This document shows positions 1 to 9,519 of a stretch of DNA of 64,000 nucleotides, one piece after another; the first letter of the stretch is position 1, and each line of letters opens with the position of its first letter. The position numbers were made by a program, and so were the translations under genes. Under the pieces are notes generated by a model. That model saw only the letters and a list, made by a program, of their open reading frames with translations. It was not told where the DNA came from and did no database searches. The DNA comes from an uncultured bacterium (GTDB lineage: Bacteria; Bacteroidota; Rhodothermia; Rhodothermales; DASSAV01), in contig CBINFS010000003.1 in NCBI GenBank assembly GCA_966250015.1, positions 76,047 to 140,046 on the forward strand, given 5' to 3'.

Positions 1-1222
1 GATCGGTGAGCAGTTTTGCGAGATGGGTGTCGACCTGGTTCGCACCAGCGTCGTTGGAGACGTCCTTGAAGACATCGAAAGGGAGCTGTCTTACGCCTCA
101 CGATCGGCCGATTTGATCGTCATCACGGGGGGACTGGGTCCAACCCACGACGACGTGACGAGGACAGCGATAGCCCGATTTTTCAACGTCGGGTTGTATC
201 TCGACGAGTCGGTTAGCGAGGCGATTGCCGCGCGTTTCGCCCGACGCAGCAGGACCATGTCGCCGAGCAACCTCTCACAGGCACTGGTACCGGAAGGCTT
301 CACTGTGTTGCCGAATCCAGTAGGGACGGCGCCGGGGTTGTGGTGGTCTGGCGTACACCAAGATAGGACCCTACTCGTGGCGATACTGCCCGGCGTTCCG
401 CACGAGATGCAGTATCTGTTCCGCCACGAAGTCAAACCGCGAATCCGGGGAATCGAAGGACTCCACGTCATACAACACCGGACGTTGCTCACGTCAGGGA
501 TTGGAGAATCAAATTTGCAGGATCTGATCGGGGATCTGTCGGACTTCCTCGACGATCACTTGAGGCTTGCCTATCTCCCCTCGACCAGCGGCGTCAGGCT
601 CCGCCTGACCGCGTATGCCAGCCTTCCGGAGGAGGCTCAGGAGCGCCTCGACCGAATCGAAACGCACCTACGCAACAGGATAGGCAAATTCATTTACGGC
701 GCCAACTCTGACACGCTCGAAAGCGTCGTCGTGGAATTGTTGAAGCAAAGCGGACAAAAAATTGCGGTCGCCGAAAGCTGCACCGGAGGGTTTGTCGCTC
801 ACAGGCTGACCAACGTCAGCGGGTCGTCGGAAGTCGTGGTCGGTGGCATCATCGCGTACAGCAACAGGGTAAAGGTGGACCTGCTGGATGTCGACCCCGG
901 GGTGCTCGAGGCGGAAGGCGCCGTCAGCGAGCCGGTTGCCAAGCAAATGGCGTCGGGGATCCGACAGCGGCTGGGAGCGGACATCGGAATATCGACCACC
1001 GGCATCGCAGGTCCGACCGGTGGTACACCAGAAAAGCCTGTGGGCACGGTCTGGATCGGGTATTCAGACGAACGCAACACCTTCGCCCGGTTGTTACACC
1101 TTGCTGAGGAGCGGGTACTCAACAAGGAACTTGCCAGCACGTCAGTGCTGACGCTTCTCTATCACCGACTTTTAGAGAAACCAACAGAACAACTGCCGCC
1201 TGAAAAGAAAGAAATGTTGTGA
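1..1222 (+). CDS. cinA: CinA-family protein (MoCF-type N-domain + PncC-type NMN amidohydrolase C-domain); 5' end cut by window edge
   Basis: ORF 23..1222 stays open in frame back to base 2 (..[13 protein letters not shown]). Motifs [13 protein letters not shown] and AVAESCTGG are typical of CinA. It sits just upstream of recA, a common arrangement. Confidence 0.85.
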   Translation, partial: IGEQFCEMGVDLVRTSVVGDVLEDIERELSYASRSADLIVITGGLGPTHDDVTRTAIARFFNVGLYLDESVSEAIAARFARRSRTMSPSNLSQALVPEGFTVLPNPVGTAPGLWWSGVHQDRTLLVAILPGVPHEMQYLFRHEVKPRIRGIEGLHVIQHRTLLTSGIGESNLQDLIGDLSDFLDDHLRLAYLPSTSGVRLRLTAYASLPEEAQERLDRIETHLRNRIGKFIYGANSDTLESVVVELLKQSGQKIAVAESCTGGFVAHRLTNVSGSSEVVVGGIIAYSNRVKVDLLDVDPGVLEAEGAVSEPVAKQMASGIRQRLGADIGISTTGIAGPTGGTPEKPVGTVWIGYSDERNTFARLLHLAEERVLNKELASTSVLTLLYHRLLEKPTEQLPPEKKEML

Positions 1223-1307
1223 CACACACCTGTCATTCAACTCTGGTATCTTGAGCCGTACATTCGAGAGACCAATTATACCACTTGCACATAACCACGG
1301 GATTACC

Positions 1308-2348
1308 ATGACAGACACAGGCTCAGCAAAAATGAAAGCACTCGATCTGACGGTCAAGCAGATCGAGAAGCAGTTCGGGAAAGGGGCAATCATGCGCCTG
1401 GGAGAGAGTCCTGTAGTAGCAATTGATGCCATACCGACGGGATCACTGGCTCTGGATGCGGCTCTTGGGATCGGTGGCGTTCCGCGTGGCCGAGTCGTCG
1501 AGATTTACGGCCCGGAGTCTTCAGGCAAGACGACTCTTGCCATTCACATCATGGCGGAAGCCCAAAAACTCGGGGGTACGTGCGCCATCATCGACGCCGA
1601 GCACGCCTTCGATGCCGCATACGCCGAGAAGCTTGGCGTGGTGATCGACGACCTGCTCGTGTCGCAGCCCGATACGGGCGAGCAGGCGCTGAACATCGTC
1701 GACATGCTCGTGCGGAGCGGCGCGTTGGACGTGATTGTCGTCGACTCCGTCGCGGCGCTCGTGCCTCAGGCAGAGATTGAAGGCGACATGGGAGATAGCC
1801 ACGTCGGTCTTCAGGCTCGCCTGATGAGCCAGGCCTTACGAAAGCTTGCCGGCTCGATCAACCGGACCAAAACGATCGTCATCTTCATCAACCAGATCCG
1901 TGAGAAGATCGGTGTGATGTTTGGTAGTCCCGAAACGACGACCGGTGGTCGTGCGCTAAAATTCTACGCATCGGTTCGGATGGACATCAGGCGCATCGGC
2001 GCGATCAAGGAAGGCACGGAGGTAGTGGGTAACCGTACGCGTGTAAAGGTCGTCAAAAACAAGGTCGCCCCTCCCTTCCGTGAAGCGGAGTTTGACATCA
2101 TTTACGGGGAAGGGATTTCTTCGATGGGCGAGCTGGTTGACCTGGCGGTCGACGCCAACATCATTCAGAAGAGTGGGTCTTGGTACGCCTATGGCGATAC
2201 CAAGATCGGACAGGGGAGGGATGCGGCGAAACTCTGGCTGCGAGACAATGCCGATATGCGTGAGGAGATCAAGTCGCGTGTTCGTGAATCGCTCGGTATG
2301 CTCAAAATGCGCTCCTCCGTTGACACTTCCGAGGTAGAGCTCGACTAA
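1308..2348 (+). CDS. recA: Recombinase RecA
   Basis: Walker [10 protein letters not shown] and the canonical N-terminus [24 protein letters not shown]. The ATG at 1308 gives a normal length; the track start at 1251 is probably an over-extension. Confidence 0.97.
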   Translation: MTDTGSAKMKALDLTVKQIEKQFGKGAIMRLGESPVVAIDAIPTGSLALDAALGIGGVPRGRVVEIYGPESSGKTTLAIHIMAEAQKLGGTCAIIDAEHAFDAAYAEKLGVVIDDLLVSQPDTGEQALNIVDMLVRSGALDVIVVDSVAALVPQAEIEGDMGDSHVGLQARLMSQALRKLAGSINRTKTIVIFINQIREKIGVMFGSPETTTGGRALKFYASVRMDIRRIGAIKEGTEVVGNRTRVKVVKNKVAPPFREAEFDIIYGEGISSMGELVDLAVDANIIQKSGSWYAYGDTKIGQGRDAAKLWLRDNADMREEIKSRVRESLGMLKMRSSVDTSEVELD

Positions 2349-2371
2349 CGAACTCAGTTTTTCCGGCAATT

Positions 2372-2416
2372 ACATAAAGCCGTTCCGAACCTCTTCGGGC
2401 GGCTTTATGTATTTTA
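2372..2416 (+). terminator. Rho-independent terminator after recA
   Basis: An 11-bp stem ACATAAAGCCG (2372-2382) pairs with CGGCTTTATGT (2400-2410). An inner CCGAA/TTCGG stem is present, and ATTTTA follows. Confidence 0.75.
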
Positions 2417-2452
2417 CGGCACTCCTTTATTGGTGCAGTCCTCTCTTTAGAA

Positions 2453-3295
2453 ATGAACAACGGATCCGAAGAGCAGAAAAATACGAACTACCGACCATTC
2501 TCCGGACAGGAATGGCCCGCCTCGGAGCGTGAGGACGCCTGGCGTCTGTGGCAGTGGCATTTGAGCCTTCGACGACCTCAGGCGCCGTCGGACCAAGAAG
2601 GGGAGAGGAAGGCCTTCTTCGAGCGCGAGGCAGAAAAGGTCCGGCAATTTGAGCCGACCGCTCTGATATCCGCCGAGCTGACGGCTCAGGTCTACGGGAT
2701 TCTGCAACGCAGAAAAATGCCGGCGGACTACCTGGCGGATCAGGTGCTGGCATCGGCCGCTTTCGCTGGTAGGGCCCGGTTCGAAACCGCCTCCGACCTC
2801 AACCAATTCGTCAGGCAATGGGCGGGTTCGCACGGCCGACTCCTCGCTCACCTGGCCGACGCGGCGTACATGTGGCAACTTCAGTATGTGGACGATTTGT
2901 CTCGTGGTTTTTTTCTTACCGGGCGGCTCCTCGAGCTTCCTCAGGATCTCGCAGAGGATCGGTTGTTCATACCGATGGCCGAGCTGGAACGTCATGGTCT
3001 GACCGTCGAGCGCCTGAAAAAGGGAAATCCGGATGAAGCCATACGGCGGTTGCTGTGGAGGCAGGTAATCCTTGCACGCGACGCACTCGCGAGTGGGCGG
3101 CTACTTTCAGAGGAGCTCCCACGGAGTCTATCACGCTCACTTCGCAAGTGGTGGTTCGGCTGCCTGGAAGTGCTCAATGAGATAGAGCGACGGAAATACG
3201 ACGTCTGGTCACGCCCGATCGAGATCCCGGCAATTAGAAGATTTTTTGTGCTTCTACAGATGCAGTTCGGGAAAGCTGCATTCCGTTCGCGATAA
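2453..3295 (+). CDS. Squalene/phytoene synthase family-like protein, divergent and N-terminally atypical
   Basis: The C-terminal two-thirds resemble the trans-isoprenyl diphosphate synthase head-to-head family (..ELPQDLAEDRLFIPMAELERHG.. resembles the second Asp-rich RDxxED..R.YlP region). I could not see a first DxxxD motif. Confidence 0.5.
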   Translation: MNNGSEEQKNTNYRPFSGQEWPASEREDAWRLWQWHLSLRRPQAPSDQEGERKAFFEREAEKVRQFEPTALISAELTAQVYGILQRRKMPADYLADQVLASAAFAGRARFETASDLNQFVRQWAGSHGRLLAHLADAAYMWQLQYVDDLSRGFFLTGRLLELPQDLAEDRLFIPMAELERHGLTVERLKKGNPDEAIRRLLWRQVILARDALASGRLLSEELPRSLSRSLRKWWFGCLEVLNEIERRKYDVWSRPIEIPAIRRFFVLLQMQFGKAAFRSR

Positions 3296-3382
3296 TCGTA
3301 CTTTTAGGTATGGAACCTAAGTATCTTCCTGTCGCCGGTGCGAATCCTGCATCGTGCAGTACTCTTTCCAGTAGAAAGTATC

Positions 3383-4381
3383 ATGACGACCTATAAAGAC
3401 GCCGGTGTGGACATTCGAGCGGGTGAGGAAACCGTAAGGCGTATCAAGCCCCTCGTACGCAAGACTTTTACACCCGGTGTAATCACCGACATTGGCGCAT
3501 TTGGTGCGTTTTTCCGGCCTGACCTATCGGGAATCAAGGAGCCGGTGCTGGTTTCTTCGGTAGACGGTGTCGGGACCAAGCTCAAGGTCGCTTTTATGAC
3601 CGATCGTCACGATACGGTGGGACAGGACCTCGTCAACCACTGTGTCAACGACATAGCCGTCTGCGGCGCCCGGCCTCTGTTTTTCCTCGACTACTTTTCG
3701 ACCGGAAAGCTCAATCCGGACGTGGCCGAGCAGATTGTCGTGGGTTTCACCACCGCCTGCGTTGAGAACGGCTGTGCCTTGATCGGCGGCGAAACCGCCG
3801 AAATGCCCGATTTATACAACGAAGGCGAGTACGACCTGGCGGGTACGATCGTCGGGCTGGTCGATAGGTCAAAAATCATTGATGGATCGGCGATCAGAGC
3901 CGGCGACGTACTGATTGGTCTTCCTTCGACAGGTTTGCACACCAACGGCTATTCACTTGCCAGGAAGGTTTTGTTCGCACACTTTGGACCGGACGACCGA
4001 CCGGACGAGCTGGGGGGAGAAACCATTGCCGAGGCTTTGTTGAAGGTGCATCGATCGTACCTCAAGCCGATCAGGGCTCTAATCGATAGGGAGCTTGCGT
4101 CCGGATTCGTTCACGTTACGGGTGGCGGCATACCCGGGAATACGGTCCGGGTGATACCTGAAGGTTTGAGTTTTACGGTCGAATATCAGGCCTGGCGCCG
4201 GCCAAAGATTTTTGATTTGATTCAACGCCTGGGTGACGTGCCGGAAGACGACATGCGCGACACGTTCAACCTGGGAATCGGTCTGATCGCGGTGGTCCCG
4301 GCAGAGCGATCGCCGGAAGCCGTTTCGGTCCTCAAATCAATCGGAGAAAATCCTGTTGAGATAGGCCGCGTGGTGAACTAA
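3383..4381 (+). CDS. purM: Phosphoribosylformylglycinamidine cyclo-ligase (AIR synthetase)
   Basis: N-terminus [11 protein letters not shown], then [12 protein letters not shown] and GGETAEMP motifs. ATG at 3383 is preferred over the GTG at 3338. Confidence 0.95.
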   Translation: MTTYKDAGVDIRAGEETVRRIKPLVRKTFTPGVITDIGAFGAFFRPDLSGIKEPVLVSSVDGVGTKLKVAFMTDRHDTVGQDLVNHCVNDIAVCGARPLFFLDYFSTGKLNPDVAEQIVVGFTTACVENGCALIGGETAEMPDLYNEGEYDLAGTIVGLVDRSKIIDGSAIRAGDVLIGLPSTGLHTNGYSLARKVLFAHFGPDDRPDELGGETIAEALLKVHRSYLKPIRALIDRELASGFVHVTGGGIPGNTVRVIPEGLSFTVEYQAWRRPKIFDLIQRLGDVPEDDMRDTFNLGIGLIAVVPAERSPEAVSVLKSIGENPVEIGRVVN

Positions 4382-4514
4382 ACAAAAGAATTGACGAACC
4401 GTGTCAATTTCTCCGTGTTAAATCAGGTAGGGGATACGTGCTGTTGAAATGGCTTTAGACCGTATGCTTTTTACATTTATACGGTTGCATGAAGTAATTA
4501 ATTGAGAACCTTAG

Positions 4515-5198
4515 ATGTTGTCACTTCTGGTCATTTTGACACTGAGCTACCTGGTCGGATCCATTCCGGCCAGCGTCTGGATCGGTAAGCTCATTTATGG
4601 GGTAGACGTACGCGAGTACGGGAGCGGAAATGCGGGCGCGACGAATGCGTTTCGCGTTCTCGGTTGGAAAGCTGGCGTCCTGGCGACGTTGATCGATCTT
4701 GGTAAAGGCCTTCTTGCTGCGGGCGTCATAGCGACGATCCGTCTGGACAGTCTGCCGGCAGGCCCAACCTTCTGGGAGATGGATTCGGTAGTCCGCCTGA
4801 TGGCTGGTGTGGCGGCAGTAGCCGGACACATGTTTCCAATCTGGGCTGGATTCAGAGGTGGAAAAGGTGTCAACACGTCTGCGGGAGTCCTGTTTGCGCT
4901 GACGCCCATCACCATGTTCATCACGCTGGGCGTTTTTGCCATCGTTCTCTTTTCTTCCAGATACGTCTCACTGGCATCGGTTACGGCGGCCATCACGTTC
5001 CCTTCGGCCATCGCCATCCGCCGTTACGTGTTTGGCATCGAATCGCTCGATCCAAGTCTGCTCATTTTCAGTGCCATCATGGCGGTAGGTATCATCGTGG
5101 CGCATCGTTCTAACATCAAACGGTTGGTTAACGGGACGGAGAACAGGATCAGGACGTTCCGACCTGCGACTGGAATGAGAGGCCGTGGGGAGATCTGA
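4515..5198 (+). CDS. plsY: Glycerol-3-phosphate acyltransferase PlsY
   Basis: Polytopic membrane protein with GSIPxS..GSGNxGATN and FKGGKGV-like (FRGGKGV) motifs. Confidence 0.93.
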   Translation: MLSLLVILTLSYLVGSIPASVWIGKLIYGVDVREYGSGNAGATNAFRVLGWKAGVLATLIDLGKGLLAAGVIATIRLDSLPAGPTFWEMDSVVRLMAGVAAVAGHMFPIWAGFRGGKGVNTSAGVLFALTPITMFITLGVFAIVLFSSRYVSLASVTAAITFPSAIAIRRYVFGIESLDPSLLIFSAIMAVGIIVAHRSNIKRLVNGTENRIRTFRPATGMRGRGEI

Positions 5199-5227
5199 GC
5201 AGGGGCTTTCTTTACTGATCTAAACGC

Positions 5228-6268
5228 TTGGTTGAACGGGTGTCAGAACGGATCACGGTTTTCGGCGCAGGGAGCTGGGGTACTGCGCTCGCTATCTCGC
5301 TTGCAGGGACCCATCGTGACGTGATTCTGTGGGCAAGACGTAGCGACGCCGCGTCGTTCATGCAGCAGGAACGCCACAACCCGACGTATCTGCCGGACGC
5401 CATCATTCCGGAAAACGTTCTGATTACGGCGGATCTCGAAACGGCAGCACAAGGAAGAGGCCTCTGGGTAATCGCTACACCGTCGCAATCGGTCCGTGAT
5501 CTGGCGACGCAGCTAATTCCTTTTGCTACGAAGGAAACGACAATTGTTTCGGTGGCAAAGGGGATCGAGAACGGTACACTCCTGACGACCACCGGTGTGC
5601 TGCATGAAGTCTTGTCGGATCGGATTTCAGAAAGCCGGTTAGGCGTGCTGTACGGTCCGAGCCATGCGGAAGAAGTCGCGGTCGGCAAGCCAACGACGCT
5701 GGTCTCGGCAGCCCGTTCGACTAAAACGGCCCGGCACATCCAGAAGGTCTTCATGACCCCGAGACTGCGCGTATACCTGAACCGGGACCTTCTCGGGGTC
5801 GAGATCGGAGGCTCGGTCAAGAACGTGCTCGCAATCGCCACCGGCATTAGTGACGGGATCGGCTATGGCGACAATGCCAAGGCCGCCCTCATAACGCGGG
5901 GCATCACGGAGATGCAGCGGTTAGGAGTGGCGATGGGCGCCGAAGCAGAGACTTTTGCGGGACTGACCGGCATTGGGGATCTCGTCGTGACCTGTACGAG
6001 CAAGCACAGCCGCAACCGCTGGGTCGGCGAACAAATCGGCAAGGGGCGTAGTCTACCTGATGTTGAAAAAGAAATGCGGATGGTGGCGGAGGGGGTTCGA
6101 ACGACGATATCGGTGTCGGAACTTGCCCGCAGATACCGGATTGAGATGCCGATTACCTCAGCGGTCCACGCCATTCTATTTGAGGGGAAAACCCCGGAGG
6201 TTGCCGTAAACGACTTGATGACCAGGTCGGCGAAAACTGAGCACCTGCACGACGTGCTGGAGGAATAA
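5228..6268 (+). CDS. gpsA: NAD(P)H-dependent glycerol-3-phosphate dehydrogenase
   Basis: ITVFGAGSWGTALA Rossmann motif with GpsA-like body; plsY-gpsA adjacency. The start is uncertain (TTG 5228 or GTG 5240). Confidence 0.93.
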   Translation: MVERVSERITVFGAGSWGTALAISLAGTHRDVILWARRSDAASFMQQERHNPTYLPDAIIPENVLITADLETAAQGRGLWVIATPSQSVRDLATQLIPFATKETTIVSVAKGIENGTLLTTTGVLHEVLSDRISESRLGVLYGPSHAEEVAVGKPTTLVSAARSTKTARHIQKVFMTPRLRVYLNRDLLGVEIGGSVKNVLAIATGISDGIGYGDNAKAALITRGITEMQRLGVAMGAEAETFAGLTGIGDLVVTCTSKHSRNRWVGEQIGKGRSLPDVEKEMRMVAEGVRTTISVSELARRYRIEMPITSAVHAILFEGKTPEVAVNDLMTRSAKTEHLHDVLEE

Positions 6269-6337
6269 TTCGATCCGGTGCCATTGTCGGCCTGGTTTTT
6301 GTATCCATACCTGCATGCAAATCAGGTTGGCAATACT

Positions 6338-6994
6338 ATGAATTTACAAGAGCTTACGCAGCTGGTCTCGCTTGGTGAGGGTAAGTTCATCGAGTTCAAG
6401 CGCCAGGTTCCGAAACCGGAAAGGATAGCGAAAGAGATCATTGCGATTGCGAACACGAACGGCGGCAGGCTGTTGCTCGGGGTGGGGGATGACGGAACCA
6501 TCGTCGGCGTGCGTGACGCTGAAGAAGAGGAATACGCGCTGCGTCAAGCCCTCAACGAACACTGTGATCCACCTGTCGAATTCACCACGGTGCGCATCCC
6601 CGTCACGACAAAACGCGAGGTGATCCTCGTTAACGTGCCTGAAAGCCGAAAAAAGCCCCATTTTCTGGTCAATGGGGCAACGAATGGGCGCCGCAGCGCA
6701 TACGTCCGGGTAGACGACAAAAGTGTCGAGGCGAGTAAAGAGGCCGTCCGGCTCATGCGGGCCGAACACCTTTCGGAAGGGGTGGTGTTTGAGTTTGGTG
6801 AGAAGGAGCAGATGCTCATGCGCTACCTCGACCACTACGGCAGGATCAGCGTCGCACAATTTGCAGGTCTGGCCAACGTGCCCATTCGGATCGCCTCTCA
6901 GACACTCGTTCTTCTCACACGTGCGAACGTGCTACGCCTGCACACAGGATTGAAAGAAGATTATTTCACGCTGGCGTACGCGCCATCCGAATAG
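6338..6994 (+). CDS. AlbA_2 (Schlafen-type putative DNA-binding) domain protein with C-terminal winged-HTH-like region
   Basis: LVSLGEGKFIEFKRQVP..IAKEIIAIANTNGGRLLLGVGDDGTIVG matches the AlbA_2/'divergent AAA' signature as I remember it. ATG 6338 is preferred. Confidence 0.65.
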   Translation: MNLQELTQLVSLGEGKFIEFKRQVPKPERIAKEIIAIANTNGGRLLLGVGDDGTIVGVRDAEEEEYALRQALNEHCDPPVEFTTVRIPVTTKREVILVNVPESRKKPHFLVNGATNGRRSAYVRVDDKSVEASKEAVRLMRAEHLSEGVVFEFGEKEQMLMRYLDHYGRISVAQFAGLANVPIRIASQTLVLLTRANVLRLHTGLKEDYFTLAYAPSE

Positions 6995-7021
6995 TCTGCT
7001 TCGTATTCTTATCGCATTGCC

Positions 7022-7047
7022 GATCCGTTCCGGATCTGCCATTTTTT
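7022..7047 (+). terminator. Possible weak terminator after the AlbA_2 gene
   Basis: GATCCG-TTC-CGGATC hairpin (7022-7036), then T6 at 7042-7047. Confidence 0.4.
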
Positions 7048-7124
7048 GACCCGGCGTGACGTTCGGTTGTCATCCGTGTTTTCCTATATTGTCTTCGAAT
7101 GCAATCCGTTATTGTGAAGAATAA

Positions 7125-9473
7125 ATGCCAGTAGTAGACGTCATAGCATTGCACGATACCGCCCGCCGGCGGTATCTCAACTATGCATTATCCGTTATTA
7201 CCAGTCGGGCGCTCCCGGACATTCGGGACGGCTTGAAGCCCGTCCAGCGCCGCATTTTATACGCCATGTACGCCAACCTGAGGCTCTATCCGGAGGGAAG
7301 GTACCGGAAGAGCGCCACCGTTGTTGGTGAGGTGATGGGTAAGTACCATCCACACGGTGACTCCGCGATTTACGACGCGATGGTGCGAATGGCGCAAGAC
7401 TTTTCGCTTCGCGCGCCGCTCGTTGACGGCCATGGCAATTTCGGCTCGCTCGACGGTGACAATGCGGCCGCCATGCGGTACACGGAGGCGAAGCTTCGCC
7501 CCCTCGCCATGGAAATGCTGGACGAGATCAAGAAGCAGACCGTCGCATTTCGACCCAATTTTGACGGTACACTTTCTGAGCCGGTCGTGCTGCCGACCAG
7601 AGTGCCGAACCTGCTCGTCAACGGCACGAGTGGCATTGCGGTAGGCATGGCAACGAGCATCCCCCCGCACAACCTTGGGGAGGTGGTCGACGCGCTCGTA
7701 TACATGATCGGAACACCCGGCGCGACGGTGGAGACGCTGGTCAGGCGGTTCATCAAGGGGCCTGACTTCCCGACCGGCGGCCGCATCCTGAATACGGAAA
7801 AGGAGATCATCGAGACCTATCAGAAAGGCGAGGGAGGGTTTGACCTCCGCGGTGAGTACCGGCTGGAAGGTAAGAGCCACATCATCATCTATTCGATACC
7901 GTACGGTGTGACGAAGGCCGATCTGATCGAAAAGATCGCCGAACACATCGCGAGCGAGAAGGTCCCGCAGATCGTTGACATTCGGGACGAATCGACGGAC
8001 GACGTCAGGATCGTCCTGGAACTCAGGCGGGGGGCGTCGGCCGAGGCGGCCATGGCGTACCTCTTCAAACACACGCCCTTGCAGTCGAGGTTCTACGTTA
8101 ACCTGACGTGCCTTCTGCCGACCGAAAACCCGGAGATTTGCACGCCGGGAAAAGTCGACCTGGTCACGATTCTCCGGCACTTTCTCGATTTCCGACTCGA
8201 CGTTGTAAAACGCCGCCTTCGGTGGGAGCTCGAACAGCTCGAAAAGCGGATCCACATCCTCCGGGGGTTCGAGAAGATTTTCGACGCGCTGGACGAAGCG
8301 ATTAAGCTGATACGGTCGTCAAAGGACAAACCGGACGCTGCGCAACGCCTCATTCACCGCTTCAGAATCGACGAGGAGCAGGCAGATGCCATCCTGGAAA
8401 CCAAGCTCTACAAGCTCTCACAGCTCGAGATCGACGCGATTCGCCGCGAGCTCGAGGAGAAGGAAAAGAGAGCGCAGGAGATCCGAGCATTGCTTGCCGA
8501 CGAGGAAGCGCTCTGGGGTGTCGTTAAAACGGAGCTGCGCGATCTCAAAAAGACGTACGCGGACCCCCGCCGGACTGAAATCGCCGGGCCGGACGCCAAG
8601 CTCGACTACACGGAAGAAGACTACATCATCGACGAAGACGTCTACGTCATGGTCACCCGTGACGGATGGATCAAGCGGCAGCGGTCGTATTCCGAAATTC
8701 AGAACATCCGCGTTCGGGAGGGAGACGAGGTTGGTTGGGTTCTCCCGGGATCGACTCGTTCGACCGTCGGCATCTTCACCAGTTTCGGTAAAGCCTACAC
8801 GATTCGCATCGACGAGCTTCCAAGCACGAGCGGATACGGCGACCCGGTCCAGAAGTATTTCGATTTTTCGGACCGCGAGCAGGCGATCGGGGTCGTTTCA
8901 TTCGACGCGCGAATACTCCCGCAGCCAGTACCCGATCCGGAGTCGGCACTCGAGCTGTTTGGTGAGAATGGCACCGCCGCAACCGATCCCCGTTCTGCCT
9001 ACGTGGTAGCGGTAACTGAGAAAGGGCAGACGTTGCGGCTGCCGATCGACGGTTTTGCGGAGCCTTCCACAAAGGTTGGGCGGACGTTTATGAAGCCCGA
9101 GAAGGGAGACCGCGTGCTCGGCGTAATGGTGGCGGCAGGCAACGAGAACGTTTGCCTCGCATCGCACGAGGGACACGTTTTGATCTTCCCGGTGCATCAG
9201 ATCCCCGTTTTTAAGGGTGCTGCGAAAGGGGTCATTGCGATGAGGCTCGGCAAAACCGATCGCATCATCGGGTTTACGCTTTCGTCGGCGGCGCGAGATG
9301 GACTCGAGATCGTGACGAACAGGGGCCGACGCGAGATCGTCCGTACGACGAAATTTGAGGTGGCGAACCGTGGAAACAAGGGGCGTCAGATCATCAAGCG
9401 CGGACACATCGAGCGCGTCGTCGTACCTCCCGTCGAAATCCGGCTCAACGGGCAGGCGAAAAACGGTGACTGA
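7125..9473 (+). CDS. parC: Type IIA topoisomerase subunit A, ParC-like
   Basis: [21 protein letters not shown] (the Q is typical of ParC; GyrA usually has PVHRR), GKYHPHGD, and AAMRYTE with the catalytic Tyr. There is no GyrA box at the start of the CTD. Length 782 aa. Confidence 0.8.
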   Translation: MPVVDVIALHDTARRRYLNYALSVITSRALPDIRDGLKPVQRRILYAMYANLRLYPEGRYRKSATVVGEVMGKYHPHGDSAIYDAMVRMAQDFSLRAPLVDGHGNFGSLDGDNAAAMRYTEAKLRPLAMEMLDEIKKQTVAFRPNFDGTLSEPVVLPTRVPNLLVNGTSGIAVGMATSIPPHNLGEVVDALVYMIGTPGATVETLVRRFIKGPDFPTGGRILNTEKEIIETYQKGEGGFDLRGEYRLEGKSHIIIYSIPYGVTKADLIEKIAEHIASEKVPQIVDIRDESTDDVRIVLELRRGASAEAAMAYLFKHTPLQSRFYVNLTCLLPTENPEICTPGKVDLVTILRHFLDFRLDVVKRRLRWELEQLEKRIHILRGFEKIFDALDEAIKLIRSSKDKPDAAQRLIHRFRIDEEQADAILETKLYKLSQLEIDAIRRELEEKEKRAQEIRALLADEEALWGVVKTELRDLKKTYADPRRTEIAGPDAKLDYTEEDYIIDEDVYVMVTRDGWIKRQRSYSEIQNIRVREGDEVGWVLPGSTRSTVGIFTSFGKAYTIRIDELPSTSGYGDPVQKYFDFSDREQAIGVVSFDARILPQPVPDPESALELFGENGTAATDPRSAYVVAVTEKGQTLRLPIDGFAEPSTKVGRTFMKPEKGDRVLGVMVAAGNENVCLASHEGHVLIFPVHQIPVFKGAAKGVIAMRLGKTDRIIGFTLSSAARDGLEIVTNRGRREIVRTTKFEVANRGNKGRQIIKRGHIERVVVPPVEIRLNGQAKNGD

Positions 9474-9519
9474 TCCGGGAATACTGTATTTTTGACAATA
9501 TTGAGTGTATCAAAGTTAG

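Noticed and set aside
4391-4485. Two small hairpins after purM (TTGAC..GTCAA at about 4391-4407; ACCGTAT..ATACGGT at 4459-4485), considered as terminators.
   Set aside because: The stems are 5-7 bp with a large loop and no convincing U-tract. I did not call a terminator.
7257-8255. Long antisense ORFs opposite real genes: 7257-8255 (332 aa), 23026-23973 (315 aa), 37367-38341 (324 aa), 42682-43596 (304 aa), 45666-46472 (268 aa), 47829-48722 (297 aa).
   Set aside because: Each lies fully inside a confidently identified conserved gene on the other strand. Their translations are R/G/P/A/S-rich low-complexity with no recognisable motifs. These are the typical stop-poor shadow frames of a GC-rich genome.
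9366-9383. NRGNKG near the C-terminus of the topoisomerase A subunit, which resembles a GyrA box (QRRGGKG) and could argue for gyrase rather than topo IV.
   Set aside because: The GyrA box lies in the first blade of the CTD, not the last, and the match is partial. The PVQRR signature favours ParC. The ParC/GyrA assignment should still be confirmed by phylogeny.
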